Source: a virus. Taken from it: a stretch of DNA of 64,000 bases. Each line of letters opens with the position of its first letter. Position 1 is the first letter of the stretch. Location of the stretch: the IMG/VR virus record IMGVR_UViG_3300031088_000737, positions 117,271 to 181,270 of that record; one strand, 5' to 3'. This document shows, one piece after another, positions 20,821 to 30,575 of this stretch. The notes below the pieces were generated by a model. It saw only the letters and a list, made by a program, of their open reading frames with translations, was not told where the DNA came from and made no database searches. The translations under genes and the position numbers were made by a program.

Positions 20821-21330
20821 TCATTCTTCGTTAAAGTACTCTTCCATGATATACCAAAGGTAATCACGAGCACTATTTAACACGTTATGGTAGATATCTT
20901 TCTGGACTTCTTTTCGGACGTGCTCATCTTTTGACTTCTCGTATATTTTAGCGAGGGCTAAATGACAAGTGTATTCTTGAATTTTTACAAAGTTCTCTTT
21001 TGGATGTAAAGAATGTTTACCATCTGGTACCGATGAATGTTCTGATTGTTCTTGATAAACTGCGATGTTTCTATATACTGGCAGGATATCACTCTCATGA
21101 TACCCATAAATTTCAGAGTTCAGTTCTTTAAATTTATCTCTCACTCCCACTACAAAAAAGACATTTCTTACTTTAACCAAAAGCTCTACATCAATAGGTT
21201 CTTCTGAATGTGTATAAGCAACAGTCTCCATTCTTTTTATTTCTTCGGTAATATTATCATAGACTGATAACACCAATAATTTAACTTCGAGGTTTGCATT
21301 GATAGTGAAGACACCATTATTGTTTATCAT
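20821..21330 (-). CDS. Hypothetical protein
   Basis: ORF with GGAG SD. Confidence 0.65.
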   Translation of the reverse strand: MINNNGVFTINANLEVKLLVLSVYDNITEEIKRMETVAYTHSEEPIDVELLVKVRNVFFVVGVRDKFKELNSEIYGYHESDILPVYRNIAVYQEQSEHSSVPDGKHSLHPKENFVKIQEYTCHLALAKIYEKSKDEHVRKEVQKDIYHNVLNSARDYLWYIMEEYFNEE

Positions 21331-21424
21331 TTTAGAACTCCAAGTTTATTACTATTATACTAGAAGATTTACAAAAAATGTCAATTTTACACTATTTAAG
21401 CACACATCAAATCATTAAATTATA

Positions 21425-22084
21425 TTATATATTGATCATTTCTATAAGTTTATTATAGCTTTTTATATTTCTTACAAATGATTCATTAGTTTCATTTTTT
21501 AAATCAATTGATAATAAATCAGATACAAGTATCTTGAGTGAGTTTATATTTTCCTGCGATAATTGTGCTTTGGATCTATCAAGGTGGTCTAATATAATAT
21601 GTGTAATGAGATGCCATTCAGTGGTCTTAGTGTATCGGTTGAAGCGTAGTTCGATATCACCACCATGTGGTTCAGCCCTACAAGCATAAGATTTGTATTC
21701 TAATTCACCAAAATAAGGAATGGTTAATTTTTTGTTGTTATTGTAATTGTTGTAGGTTTCAAATCCATTTTGAGTGAGCAGTATATCACTAATGGTTTTA
21801 ATTTCTCCCGGTTCAAAAAGGAGTTCATCTGCTATGATGACTGATTGACCATTAGCCATGTATTCAAGTAAGGCGACTTCGTTCAGTTTTCCATTAATAC
21901 GAGTTCGTATAGGAATTGTCTTCTTATTTCTAAATTCGAGCGTTAAATTAAATGGATAATATTTTGAAAACATGTAAAATAAAAACTTTTCTGGAAATTT
22001 GTTTGATGGATTCATTGTCATGTTTTGAGCAATGTCTAACAGGTTTGAATGTTCTTCACACTCAGCTAAGGTTTTAAAAATCAT
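21425..22084 (-). CDS. Hypothetical protein, MxxI-tail family
   Basis: Ends LIEMINI; AGGTGG SD. Confidence 0.65.
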   Translation of the reverse strand: MIFKTLAECEEHSNLLDIAQNMTMNPSNKFPEKFLFYMFSKYYPFNLTLEFRNKKTIPIRTRINGKLNEVALLEYMANGQSVIIADELLFEPGEIKTISDILLTQNGFETYNNYNNNKKLTIPYFGELEYKSYACRAEPHGGDIELRFNRYTKTTEWHLITHIILDHLDRSKAQLSQENINSLKILVSDLLSIDLKNETNESFVRNIKSYNKLIEMINI

Positions 22085-22235
22085 AAATTACCACCTTTTA
22101 TCAATGTCATCATTTGGCGATCCTTCTGTTTACAATTTCATAATATCATAAAAAAATAATAATCAAATAGTTGTTTACTTTTTGACTTTTAAGTATTTTA
22201 GTATACAATTTTATATAAACTCATATAGAAAAATA

Positions 22236-22967
22236 ATGTTAAAACGCATATTAATTACAAGTTTATTTTTACTTTCAACCACTTCATTTGCTCAAGACAA
22301 TAGACATCAAAGAATTACATCTCAGGAAGAATTAGATCGAGAGATAGTGTATTTAATGAAAAAATTTGACTATGAAAAGCCTGATACTTTAATTCGATTA
22401 GTTGATTATGTTAACCGCAACTCAGAGGTGAGAGGTTATGTGATCAATAAATTTTCAATGAGTGCTACTAAAAATGATAAGAAAGGTAAAAACATTAAGT
22501 TTATTGTTGATTATATCAGTCAAAATATTGTTGAATTAGACACCTCTAATATCCCTAAAAATGGTGAATGGCAAGGACAATCAGGACACTCGCTGTTCTT
22601 TATTAATGGGAATACCCATTCTTATTCCACAGAAGAGATGAGACAAGCAGCTCCCTATGGTATTCCATTTGAATATGGATATCCTAACTTTACCAGTTTT
22701 AGAGTGGGAGACTTAATTCCAATTCAAAATCCAACCGCCTCCTATCCACATGATTATGAGAAAGTTGTCAATCAAATCATTATGGAAAAGAAACCTATCA
22801 ATGGCATTGTTTTCAATAATGCTGCTGAGTTTAAAGAATATCTGCAAACGAACCTTATTAACTTGCATTATGCTCATGATGAAAATGCGTTTGAATTTTT
22901 ACCCAATACTGTTGTGTCAGTCATCAACTATGAATTACCACACATATCAAAAAGAAAGCCTCATTAA
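22236..22967 (+). CDS. Secreted hypothetical protein
   Basis: Signal peptide MLKRILITSLFLLSTTSFA. Confidence 0.65.
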   Translation: MLKRILITSLFLLSTTSFAQDNRHQRITSQEELDREIVYLMKKFDYEKPDTLIRLVDYVNRNSEVRGYVINKFSMSATKNDKKGKNIKFIVDYISQNIVELDTSNIPKNGEWQGQSGHSLFFINGNTHSYSTEEMRQAAPYGIPFEYGYPNFTSFRVGDLIPIQNPTASYPHDYEKVVNQIIMEKKPINGIVFNNAAEFKEYLQTNLINLHYAHDENAFEFLPNTVVSVINYELPHISKRKPH

Positions 22968-23398
22968 GAGGCTTTTCTTTCATCTACATACTGGTTAAGC
23001 AAGAACTCAAATTCGGCTGGTGATAAGCCAAAGAAGTATTTTACTTTTTCATTGACCGAATTTACTACATAATTACTCTTTGAGATGATTCTTACAGCCC
23101 CTTGACCATATTCAATTAAAATACCTGCATTGATATTAGCAACCTTTTCAATGTTGTATTTAAATACTGGATGGTAATCAAAAGGATTAACCCCATCTTT
23201 GTAGCGGTTATCTCTAATGGTGACATCGACATGTTTACCTTTAATAATCGCATAGAACATAAAGATTTCTAAACTGCAGTTGTGTTTGTTTTCTTGGTAC
23301 CCTTCTCGAAAGGTGACCACTGCTTTTTTTATTAAATCTCTTTTATTCATTTCAGTTTCAGTGACTTCGTTAGTTTTGTTTTGTTCAATAGCGTTCAT
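22964..23398 (-). CDS. Hypothetical protein, last gene of the pth2 operon
   Basis: AGGAG SD; coupled to the upstream stop. Confidence 0.65.
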   Translation of the reverse strand: MNAIEQNKTNEVTETEMNKRDLIKKAVVTFREGYQENKHNCSLEIFMFYAIIKGKHVDVTIRDNRYKDGVNPFDYHPVFKYNIEKVANINAGILIEYGQGAVRIISKSNYVVNSVNEKVKYFFGLSPAEFEFLLNQYVDERKAS

Positions 23399-23400
23399 GA

Positions 23401-24000
23401 TTATTCTCCTAATAGTTTATCATTAAATTTTTTGCCGATTTTGTTAATTTTTTTCCATTTGATTTTAAAGCTCGTTGATTCAATACCGCCAAACATGGAA
23501 GCATTACTATGAATCTCACAGAAGCCAGTAATCAAAAGGGTTGCAGCGAATGGTAGTGCATAGAACTTTTCAAAATCATCCATTTTAAGCAAATGAATGT
23601 CCATATCATGCTCCATCAATTGAGCTTGAAGTTCAGTGCCACCGATTTTACGCCAGATTAGACCAGATGCTTGTGCATGGTCAGGGAAGTGACGGTTACC
23701 ATTTTCATCAATAGTCAAACAGAAGGGTTTACCACAGTCGTGATAAATCTGATAAGTGTTGATGTCTTTTTCGTCTACTAAGTTATTCCAAATAGATTTG
23801 TTATAAATCCAATCAGGAAGTCTCCATTCGAGTGTTAATGGTTTTCCATCAATAATGTGATCTTTCAAATCTTGAAAGTATTTATTGACTGATAATCCAT
23901 GTTGAAGAACATTCATGCCTTGTGTTTGTTCACAGGCTTTCATCTCTTTAACAAGATCTTTGAAGCTAAGGTTTTTAATGTTATCAATCTACATAGTCAT
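23401..24000 (-). CDS. HD-domain phosphohydrolase-like protein with an in-frame TAG at codon 4 (track ORF 23401..23943)
   Basis: HG...YHDCGKP...HAQAS...HDMDIH; AGGAG SD precedes ATG ACT ATG TAG ATT GAT AAC, in frame with the ORF. Confidence 0.7.
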
Positions 24001-24028
24001 GGTCGTTCTCCTAATAAGTAATGTTGTG

Positions 24029-24391
24029 TTATTTTGAAGCTTTAAATGTTTCTATTTGGTTCTTTATTGCGTGCTCTAATTGTACCAAATCATCTACTGT
24101 AAAGTCAACACCTATTTTATATTTTAATGCTTTTAAATCCCAAGATTCTAAGTTATTAAGTTCTAGTTGTTTTCTGGATTTTTCAACAGCACTTAACCAG
24201 TCGAGAGCAATAGAAACAGCTTCCGATTTATCTGTTGCACATTTAGTAAAGTCTTTTGTTTCTCTTAATAAGGCATATAATACATAATCCTTCAAGAATA
24301 ATACTTTGACTTTGTGTCCATTATCATCACGATAAGGGCGTTCTGTTTTTAAAAAAGTTTTCATGGTGTTTATCATTGCTAATCTACTCAT
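24029..24391 (-). CDS. Hypothetical protein
   Basis: ATGA overlap with the upstream gene. Confidence 0.6.
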   Translation of the reverse strand: MSRLAMINTMKTFLKTERPYRDDNGHKVKVLFLKDYVLYALLRETKDFTKCATDKSEAVSIALDWLSAVEKSRKQLELNNLESWDLKALKYKIGVDFTVDDLVQLEHAIKNQIETFKASK

Positions 24392-25155
24392 TTTATTTCT
24401 CCTTTGAAAAAATGATTTATATCTTTATATTGGTTAAAGTTCTCTTTACTGACTTCTGTTATGTCATATTCAGGGGCTAAAAAAAACATTAATCCTTCTG
24501 GTGTAAATTCAATTTCGTGATGTGGTTGATGATCCATTAAAATAACCTCCAAAAAACCTTCATGTGTTAAAAATACGAGAATTCTTTCTGGCAGCACATC
24601 CAATGTGTCTATAAAATGAACAAAGGAATGTAAAGCTTCTGTATTCATCTCTAATTCATCGTTATGTTCTCCCCAACCGTAATCATAGGCAATCAATTCA
24701 ACTAAATTTTTAGCAGTATCCTGTTCTAATTTATACAATAATCCAGAAACCATCTCTAATTTTGTTTTGTAGTTAGCAAAACAGTTTTCTGGATCGGTAT
24801 ATTTAAAATGTTTAAACACTGATCGAGGGAGTGCAATACCATCGTCATAACCTGTCATGTAGAGATAAGTTGCTTCTGGTTCAAAACAAACGTCTACTAA
24901 CTGATTGTTTAATATCCAGTTGATACTCATCATCCCTTCATGGTTGAAGAAGAACCCGATATCATTGGGGATATTGTCATTGATCTTATTAAGAAAATAC
25001 AACATCTCTCTGCATGATGCTTCATTCATAGGTTCAGCATCACGACCATCCCAGTTGGCTTTAACTTCAGCCAACTCGATTAATCGTTGAATAGATGAAT
25101 CACTTAGTTTGATTGTGTGTTCATTGATTAGGGTTAATATTAATTCTTTATCCAT
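24388..25155 (-). CDS. Hypothetical protein built from two tandem copies of one domain
   Basis: NWDGRDAEPMNEASC...FFNHEGMMSI repeated as GWGEHNDELEMNTEAL...FLTHEGFLEV. Confidence 0.7.
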   Translation of the reverse strand: MDKELILTLINEHTIKLSDSSIQRLIELAEVKANWDGRDAEPMNEASCREMLYFLNKINDNIPNDIGFFFNHEGMMSINWILNNQLVDVCFEPEATYLYMTGYDDGIALPRSVFKHFKYTDPENCFANYKTKLEMVSGLLYKLEQDTAKNLVELIAYDYGWGEHNDELEMNTEALHSFVHFIDTLDVLPERILVFLTHEGFLEVILMDHQPHHEIEFTPEGLMFFLAPEYDITEVSKENFNQYKDINHFFKGEIK

Positions 25156-25164
25156 AAGTCCCCC

Positions 25165-25626
25165 TTATACACACTGAAATTTCTTGGTGATTTGTTTCAC
25201 TTCTTCTTTGGTGCAAGGCCCAATACCGAGAGCGGTAATGATAGGAGAACCATCAAAGTGTGGTGGCAAAATATGACCTTGATCGACAATAATTGAACAT
25301 GGCAATCCCGCAGCAATAGCTTGGTTGTATGCTTTAATTAAGTGATCTTCATTTTTGGCTTTTAACGTAACCTTAGATCCGCCTGATTGACGATTTCTAT
25401 AGAGCTTAACGTTTTCTGGGTGCGATTCTTGTGCGTTTGTTAATGCATCCGTATAAGCGTGACCAGCTTGAGCTGCAAGCTTACCCGTTGGCATGTTTAA
25501 ATCGCCGCGAATAATTGAATAGATGTAGTAATGTGAGTCTTTGTCCGAAGGAACAAATTGAGTGTATTGGCTAAGAATAGCCTCTTTGGTGATGAAGTCG
25601 AATTCGTTATTATCAATCTACAACAT
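25165..25626 (-). CDS. pth2: Pth2-type peptidyl-tRNA hydrolase with an in-frame TAG at codon 3 (track ORF 25165..25494 lacks the first strand)
   Basis: YIYSIIRGDLNMPTGKLAAQAGHA, KVTLK, IVDQGH, TALGIGP; AAGGAG SD precedes ATG TTG TAG ATT GAT AAT. Confidence 0.85.
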
Positions 25627-25850
25627 GATGTAATCTCCTTTGTTTGATTTACAGTTATAATTCTACGCTCTATTTTTTTAGAAGTCAACATTTTTTTTTA
25701 ACATTACTAAAATACTTTAAAATATTATCTGTTAAAAAATCTATAACATTTTAAAAATAATAGATAAAAGCATTGAAAAGAAAGTTTCAATCTGCTATCA
25801 TTTCACTCATCTGTTTTTGGTTAAACAGACATTGATAGGGAGTTTGTTTA

Positions 25851-26429
25851 ATGTTGCAAATAATTATAGCAATTTTGATCACAACAATTGTATCGATTGC
25901 TGGTTTTGGTCAGATAGAGAGATTAGCACGAGAGAATGCTGCAAAAGCGAGACATTGTGAGAATGTATCTTGTGTTGATGATAAATCAAAGACTATTGAT
26001 CCTAAAATACTTGCAGTAAAACCTATCGATTTTGTTAAAACTGCACCTGTTACAAATGTAGTTGTTGAAAATCATTATGATTTGAAGGAGTTAAACGATG
26101 GCTTGATGGCATTGTCTGGTTTGGGTGGTTTTGCTTTATTTGTTTTTATTATTTATAAATGTTTTGGTGTGGGACGTAGAACTTTAATGCTGTCAATCGC
26201 TAGAAAAAGAAGTCTTATGCTTATCAAAGCGTTTGATTCGATTGTTGATGATGTGAAACATTGTCTTGAACACAATAACAAAATTACAGAGCAAATAGAC
26301 TTTAACAATTTACTTATTCAGGTTAACAAAGAAAACCCTTCTATGAATTCTTTGATTTTAAGCAATCGAATCATGAAGGATCAATATAATTTTATTGAAA
26401 GGAAAATTTTAAATGATTTCAAAAAATAA
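25851..26429 (+). CDS. Two-TM membrane protein, tandem paralog 1 of 4
   Basis: Shared motif NHYDLKELNDGL+TM+basic stretch. Confidence 0.75.
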   Translation: MLQIIIAILITTIVSIAGFGQIERLARENAAKARHCENVSCVDDKSKTIDPKILAVKPIDFVKTAPVTNVVVENHYDLKELNDGLMALSGLGGFALFVFIIYKCFGVGRRTLMLSIARKRSLMLIKAFDSIVDDVKHCLEHNNKITEQIDFNNLLIQVNKENPSMNSLILSNRIMKDQYNFIERKILNDFKK

Positions 26430-27138
26430 ACAAAGAGGCAGCTCGTTATTCGAAATAATGATAATATTTGTTTTATTCTTCATTGTAACGTTTACTGTTG
26501 CAAGTTTTATTGGTAATGATAAAACAACGACTACTCCTAGCCAGTCACAAGCTATTGCGATTAAACCAGAAGTGAAAAAAGACGTTAAATATGAGCGTAT
26601 ACAGCCCATAGTGACTGAGATCATTGATTATAGAAGACAGCCTAAGCAAAATAAAGATTTCAAGTTAATGCCAGTTGTCAATCCTGAAATGAGAACAGAG
26701 CCTATTCAGCCTGTTGCTCCTGAGCCTGTTGTGGTCACACCACCACCAGCACCTATTATTGAGCAGACTGAAAATCATTATCATTTTGAAGATTTGAATA
26801 CAGGTCTTATGTATTTGGGAAGTATTGTTCTTACAATGTTTAGTCTGTTTTATGCATTTAAAGGTGCTGGTAAATTGATGGTGACGCTTACCATCAAGAA
26901 AGCTATAAAAAATAGTAAATTCATTCAAGAAGCATTCTCTAACGATGTAAATGATCATACAACTTATCTTGATTATAGTAGAAAGTATAATGACCAGTTA
27001 AGCTTAAATAGACTCATTATAGATCGATATAATGATAACTATTATGCTGGCGAGCTGAAAATTCATACTGAGCATTTGGCAAGCAGTCTTAGTTTTATTG
27101 AACGTATGTTTGTCGCTGATATGAATAACCCATCATGA
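26413..27138 (+). CDS. Two-TM membrane protein, paralog 2 of 4, with a prepilin-like N-terminus
   Basis: KQRG-SSLFEIMIIFVLFF; NHYHFEDLNTGL+TM. Confidence 0.75.
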   Translation: MISKNKQRGSSLFEIMIIFVLFFIVTFTVASFIGNDKTTTTPSQSQAIAIKPEVKKDVKYERIQPIVTEIIDYRRQPKQNKDFKLMPVVNPEMRTEPIQPVAPEPVVVTPPPAPIIEQTENHYHFEDLNTGLMYLGSIVLTMFSLFYAFKGAGKLMVTLTIKKAIKNSKFIQEAFSNDVNDHTTYLDYSRKYNDQLSLNRLIIDRYNDNYYAGELKIHTEHLASSLSFIERMFVADMNNPS

Positions 27139-28202
27139 TGAGTAATGAACAAGGGCAGATTATGAAAAAATACACTAAATACCACTATGCAAAAAAAGAC
27201 TTTCATTCAAAGAAATCTTTTTATGAGAATAGATGCGATATCGGCCATAAAGGTGTCATAGGTGAAAAAGTGAACTTAGATGTTAATAATTACGATTATG
27301 ATTTTGGTGATGATACAGGTTATAATGACTACAAAGTATCTGATGATAGTATGATGGAAATTGATACTGATATGGATGATCTTGTAGATGATTATTCTTA
27401 TAATGAACATTACGAAAATTTATTTGACACTTATCCTAAAAAGAAAAAATCAAATAAAGATTCTAAAAAATCAAAGTCGTTAATGCTTGATGAAGAAGCT
27501 GGTTTTGATCGTGTTAAACGCTATTATGTTGCTAACATGGAGGCTAATCAAAAGAAAAAAGAAAAAATGATTGGCCTTGCTATTACGACTGGATTACTAA
27601 TGGTGGGTATTGCTGTTGTCAGCATTTATGCCACGTTTTTCAACATGTCTGAAAAATCAACTGTTTATATTGCTCATGAAACTGGTAAGTTTATTACTAG
27701 CGATTTAAGTGTTAGTGAAATTCATAATTTAAGACAGCAAATAAGTAAAGATACAGCACTTATTGTCAATAAACCTTTGTTAGAATCTAATAAGGCTGCA
27801 GCAAAAGAAGAACCAAAAGTTGTGGCTCCATCCATTGTTAATAATTACAATTTTGAACAATTGAATACAGGATTGACAACATTAGGCTATTCATTACTGG
27901 GTTGTTTGTCGGCTTTTGTGTCGTTTAAAGGACTTTCACTTTGGGGGCGTTCACGTAGACTAAAAAAAGAAATCAAAAAGAGCAATGCATTGCTGACTCA
28001 ATTTAAATCATTAATTAATACTAACAACAACCAGTTGGAAACCAGTCAATTTATATCGGAACAAATTATATTGAACAATATTTTTATTGAACGTTTGTCA
28101 AGCAATAATAATGTAGTAGAATTAATAGCGGTTAATGAGAAATTAAAAGACACCAACAGTTTTATTAATGATCATTTAATCAAAAATTTAAAAGGTGAAT
28201 AA
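27135..28202 (+). CDS. Two-TM membrane protein, paralog 3 of 4, with a long acidic N-terminal extension
   Basis: NNYNFEQLNTGL+TM. Confidence 0.75.
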   Translation: MMSNEQGQIMKKYTKYHYAKKDFHSKKSFYENRCDIGHKGVIGEKVNLDVNNYDYDFGDDTGYNDYKVSDDSMMEIDTDMDDLVDDYSYNEHYENLFDTYPKKKKSNKDSKKSKSLMLDEEAGFDRVKRYYVANMEANQKKKEKMIGLAITTGLLMVGIAVVSIYATFFNMSEKSTVYIAHETGKFITSDLSVSEIHNLRQQISKDTALIVNKPLLESNKAAAKEEPKVVAPSIVNNYNFEQLNTGLTTLGYSLLGCLSAFVSFKGLSLWGRSRRLKKEIKKSNALLTQFKSLINTNNNQLETSQFISEQIILNNIFIERLSSNNNVVELIAVNEKLKDTNSFINDHLIKNLKGE

Positions 28203-28204
28203 AT

Positions 28205-28795
28205 ATGCTTGGTATAGTTGTCGCAATAACATTAGTGGCGTTGATTGCTTTACTCAGTATGTCTGCTGTATATAATGCACCATTACATCAAGATCAAAAA
28301 GAAATTGAATCTAATCGTATTAGTTCACAATCAGTGTCAAAACAAGCTGACATGAAAGAACTGAATGTTCAAAAACAGGAAGTTTTTCAACAACAACAAC
28401 CGATTCCAGAACCTGCTGAAGCTGTTGCACCTCAAATTAACAATTATGATTTTGATAAATTAAGTAAAGCTTTGATCTTTATTGTAGGTGGTGTGTTTTC
28501 AATTATTTCGTTAAAGCTTTTGATTAGATTTTTTAACTATTACAAAACGACTCGTAAGTTTAAGAAAAATACTAAAAAGACACAACTGCTGGTTGAGCAA
28601 TTAAAGACTGTTTTTGATAATGAAAAAGATTTTCTGTTAATCACTGATTCCATAGAATATCAACTTAAAATTAATGATTTGCTATTAAATTTAGACGAAT
28701 CAAAACACTATGGTTTAGAACTGGAAGTGGCTGATGATTACCTGTATGCATCTTATAAATTCATTAACGAAAAATTGATTGGCAATTTAAAATAA
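28205..28795 (+). CDS. Two-TM membrane protein, paralog 4 of 4
   Basis: NNYDFDKLSKAL+TM. Confidence 0.75.
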   Translation: MLGIVVAITLVALIALLSMSAVYNAPLHQDQKEIESNRISSQSVSKQADMKELNVQKQEVFQQQQPIPEPAEAVAPQINNYDFDKLSKALIFIVGGVFSIISLKLLIRFFNYYKTTRKFKKNTKKTQLLVEQLKTVFDNEKDFLLITDSIEYQLKINDLLLNLDESKHYGLELEVADDYLYASYKFINEKLIGNLK

Positions 28796-28812
28796 AACAA
28801 GCCCAGTTGGGC

Positions 28813-29430
28813 TTATTTTTTTCCTTTTGCGACATAGATGTATTTACATAAGTTTGGTCTATCTGTACAAAACTCTAAAGATCTTAATTTACCTTTTCTA
28901 TCAATTAAATTCCATTTATACTTGAGTAATGAAGGTTCACCATCACGAAAATCAATAAAAAATCTGTATTCTGATATTGGCGTTGGTTCACTTGAATATT
29001 GATCATTATTGTTTTTTTGTGGTATGAATATAGTGACATGTTTCCCTAGTGGATCTTCACTGATTCTTTTTATTTCATTACATTCTATAAAATTTATTTT
29101 CTTGTCTTCTGGTTTTAAAGTTAACTGACTTTTTTGATTGCAAAATTGACTATCATGTACTAGATAATTCCATGCGTATTCTGTTAACGCAATATCAACT
29201 TTTTGTTCTGGATGGTTATAGCCATAGGCTGTTTTCAATTCTAATGATTGTAAATAGCTTTTCAATATTGTTTGGTTAATACTTTGCTTGTAATTAATAA
29301 CGTCTCTTGTAATTAATATAGATGCTAAAATGACTAATAATAAAACTAACACAGACACTTTTATCATTGTTGCTTTTGTCATATCTTCATAAAAGCGTTT
29401 CTTTCTTACCTTGTAATGCTCGTAAATCAT
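28813..29430 (-). CDS. Membrane-anchored hypothetical protein
   Basis: One TM, Cys-containing soluble domain. Confidence 0.6.
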   Translation of the reverse strand: MIYEHYKVRKKRFYEDMTKATMIKVSVLVLLLVILASILITRDVINYKQSINQTILKSYLQSLELKTAYGYNHPEQKVDIALTEYAWNYLVHDSQFCNQKSQLTLKPEDKKINFIECNEIKRISEDPLGKHVTIFIPQKNNNDQYSSEPTPISEYRFFIDFRDGEPSLLKYKWNLIDRKGKLRSLEFCTDRPNLCKYIYVAKGKK

Positions 29431-29616
29431 ACTAACTATTTTTTTATTGTTTTATAGTATTATTATACTACAAAAAAACTAAAACAAAATATTAAAATAC
29501 TATTTAAATAATGATATTTATTAATTTACGTTGCACTTCTACTAAAAATAAATATAAGTATTTATTTAAAAAACAAAAGGCTAATAAAGAAATAATCCCT
29601 CTATTGAGGGATTATA

Positions 29617-30369
29617 TTAAACCATATACATTTTTAATACATTAAATACACTTAGATCTTTTATAACTTCTTTTATATCAAAAATTTCTTTTAATTTTTT
29701 ATATTTCGGATCATCCAAATACATATACATGATGGTATCTTCCATTGTCTCACACCATTCAGGAATTTCTCGCCTTTGCATATTTCTATAAAAGAATGAA
29801 ATAGTAGAGAACATAATGTTTGTATGTTTTTCATAATAAACATTAAAATTATACATCGAATTACGACCCATACCCCCTAAATCATGACCATCTACATCTG
29901 TAAATGGATTCATCACAGATATATTTACACTGCTTATTTTCGTTAAATCAAAATCTTTATAACTTATTGTTGCATATAATTCAAGATTATATTTATTCCC
30001 TTCATCAAAAAATTGTGCAAAGAACTCTGAATTATACCCATCTATTAAGTCTTTTTCTTTAATTTTAACATACACACACAATGCATCCACTTCTGCAGAT
30101 TGATCTCTTTTAACACCATCCAAGAACTCTCTGGTGAAGATGGTTTTCAAATTATAAATATTTTCATAAAACAGATGACTTCTTTTTTCCATATACTCAT
30201 ATTGCCATTCGTACTGGTCATCATTGTAATCATCGTCGTCATCATAACAACAACAACAAGGATAACAATCCATATCGTCATACCAGATTTCGTGTGCTAT
30301 ATTATTGGTGAATTTTTTATTGAACTCTTTGAATTTAGAGTTGCCGAGGTGTCTTACTGCATTATACAT
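29617..30369 (-). CDS. Hypothetical protein, MxxI-tail family
   Basis: Ends VLKMYMV; start at the ATG after AGGAG. Confidence 0.65.
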   Translation of the reverse strand: MYNAVRHLGNSKFKEFNKKFTNNIAHEIWYDDMDCYPCCCCYDDDDDYNDDQYEWQYEYMEKRSHLFYENIYNLKTIFTREFLDGVKRDQSAEVDALCVYVKIKEKDLIDGYNSEFFAQFFDEGNKYNLELYATISYKDFDLTKISSVNISVMNPFTDVDGHDLGGMGRNSMYNFNVYYEKHTNIMFSTISFFYRNMQRREIPEWCETMEDTIMYMYLDDPKYKKLKEIFDIKEVIKDLSVFNVLKMYMV

Positions 30370-30575
30370 GTGAAATCTCCTAATTATTAAGCAATAAATG
30401 GCGTTTATGTGTAATAGATAATCTTCCAAATAATGGATGTAAAGTGATTACTATTGTAGTTATGCTTTCGTCATTTATTAGCGTGATATAATTAGTTACA
30501 TGAGATTTCTCCATTAAATTTGTGAATATTCTACTATCTTAAAGCATTTTTTAATAAATATCAAGTTAAATTTTA

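Noticed and set aside
24370-24392. Third TAGATT near a gene start in the pth2 operon
   Set aside because: It is out of frame with the ORF and lacks the GATAA continuation; likely chance.
25497-25691. 64-aa track ORF upstream of pth2 as a frameshift partner
   Set aside because: The strong SD points to ATG 25626, which is already in the pth2 frame. The alternative-frame ORF has no SD and no recognisable slippery site joining it to pth2.
30230-30290. CYPCCCCYDDDDD stretch as a metal-binding or selenoprotein signal
   Set aside because: A low-complexity segment within a hypothetical ORF; no TGA recoding or SECIS evidence.
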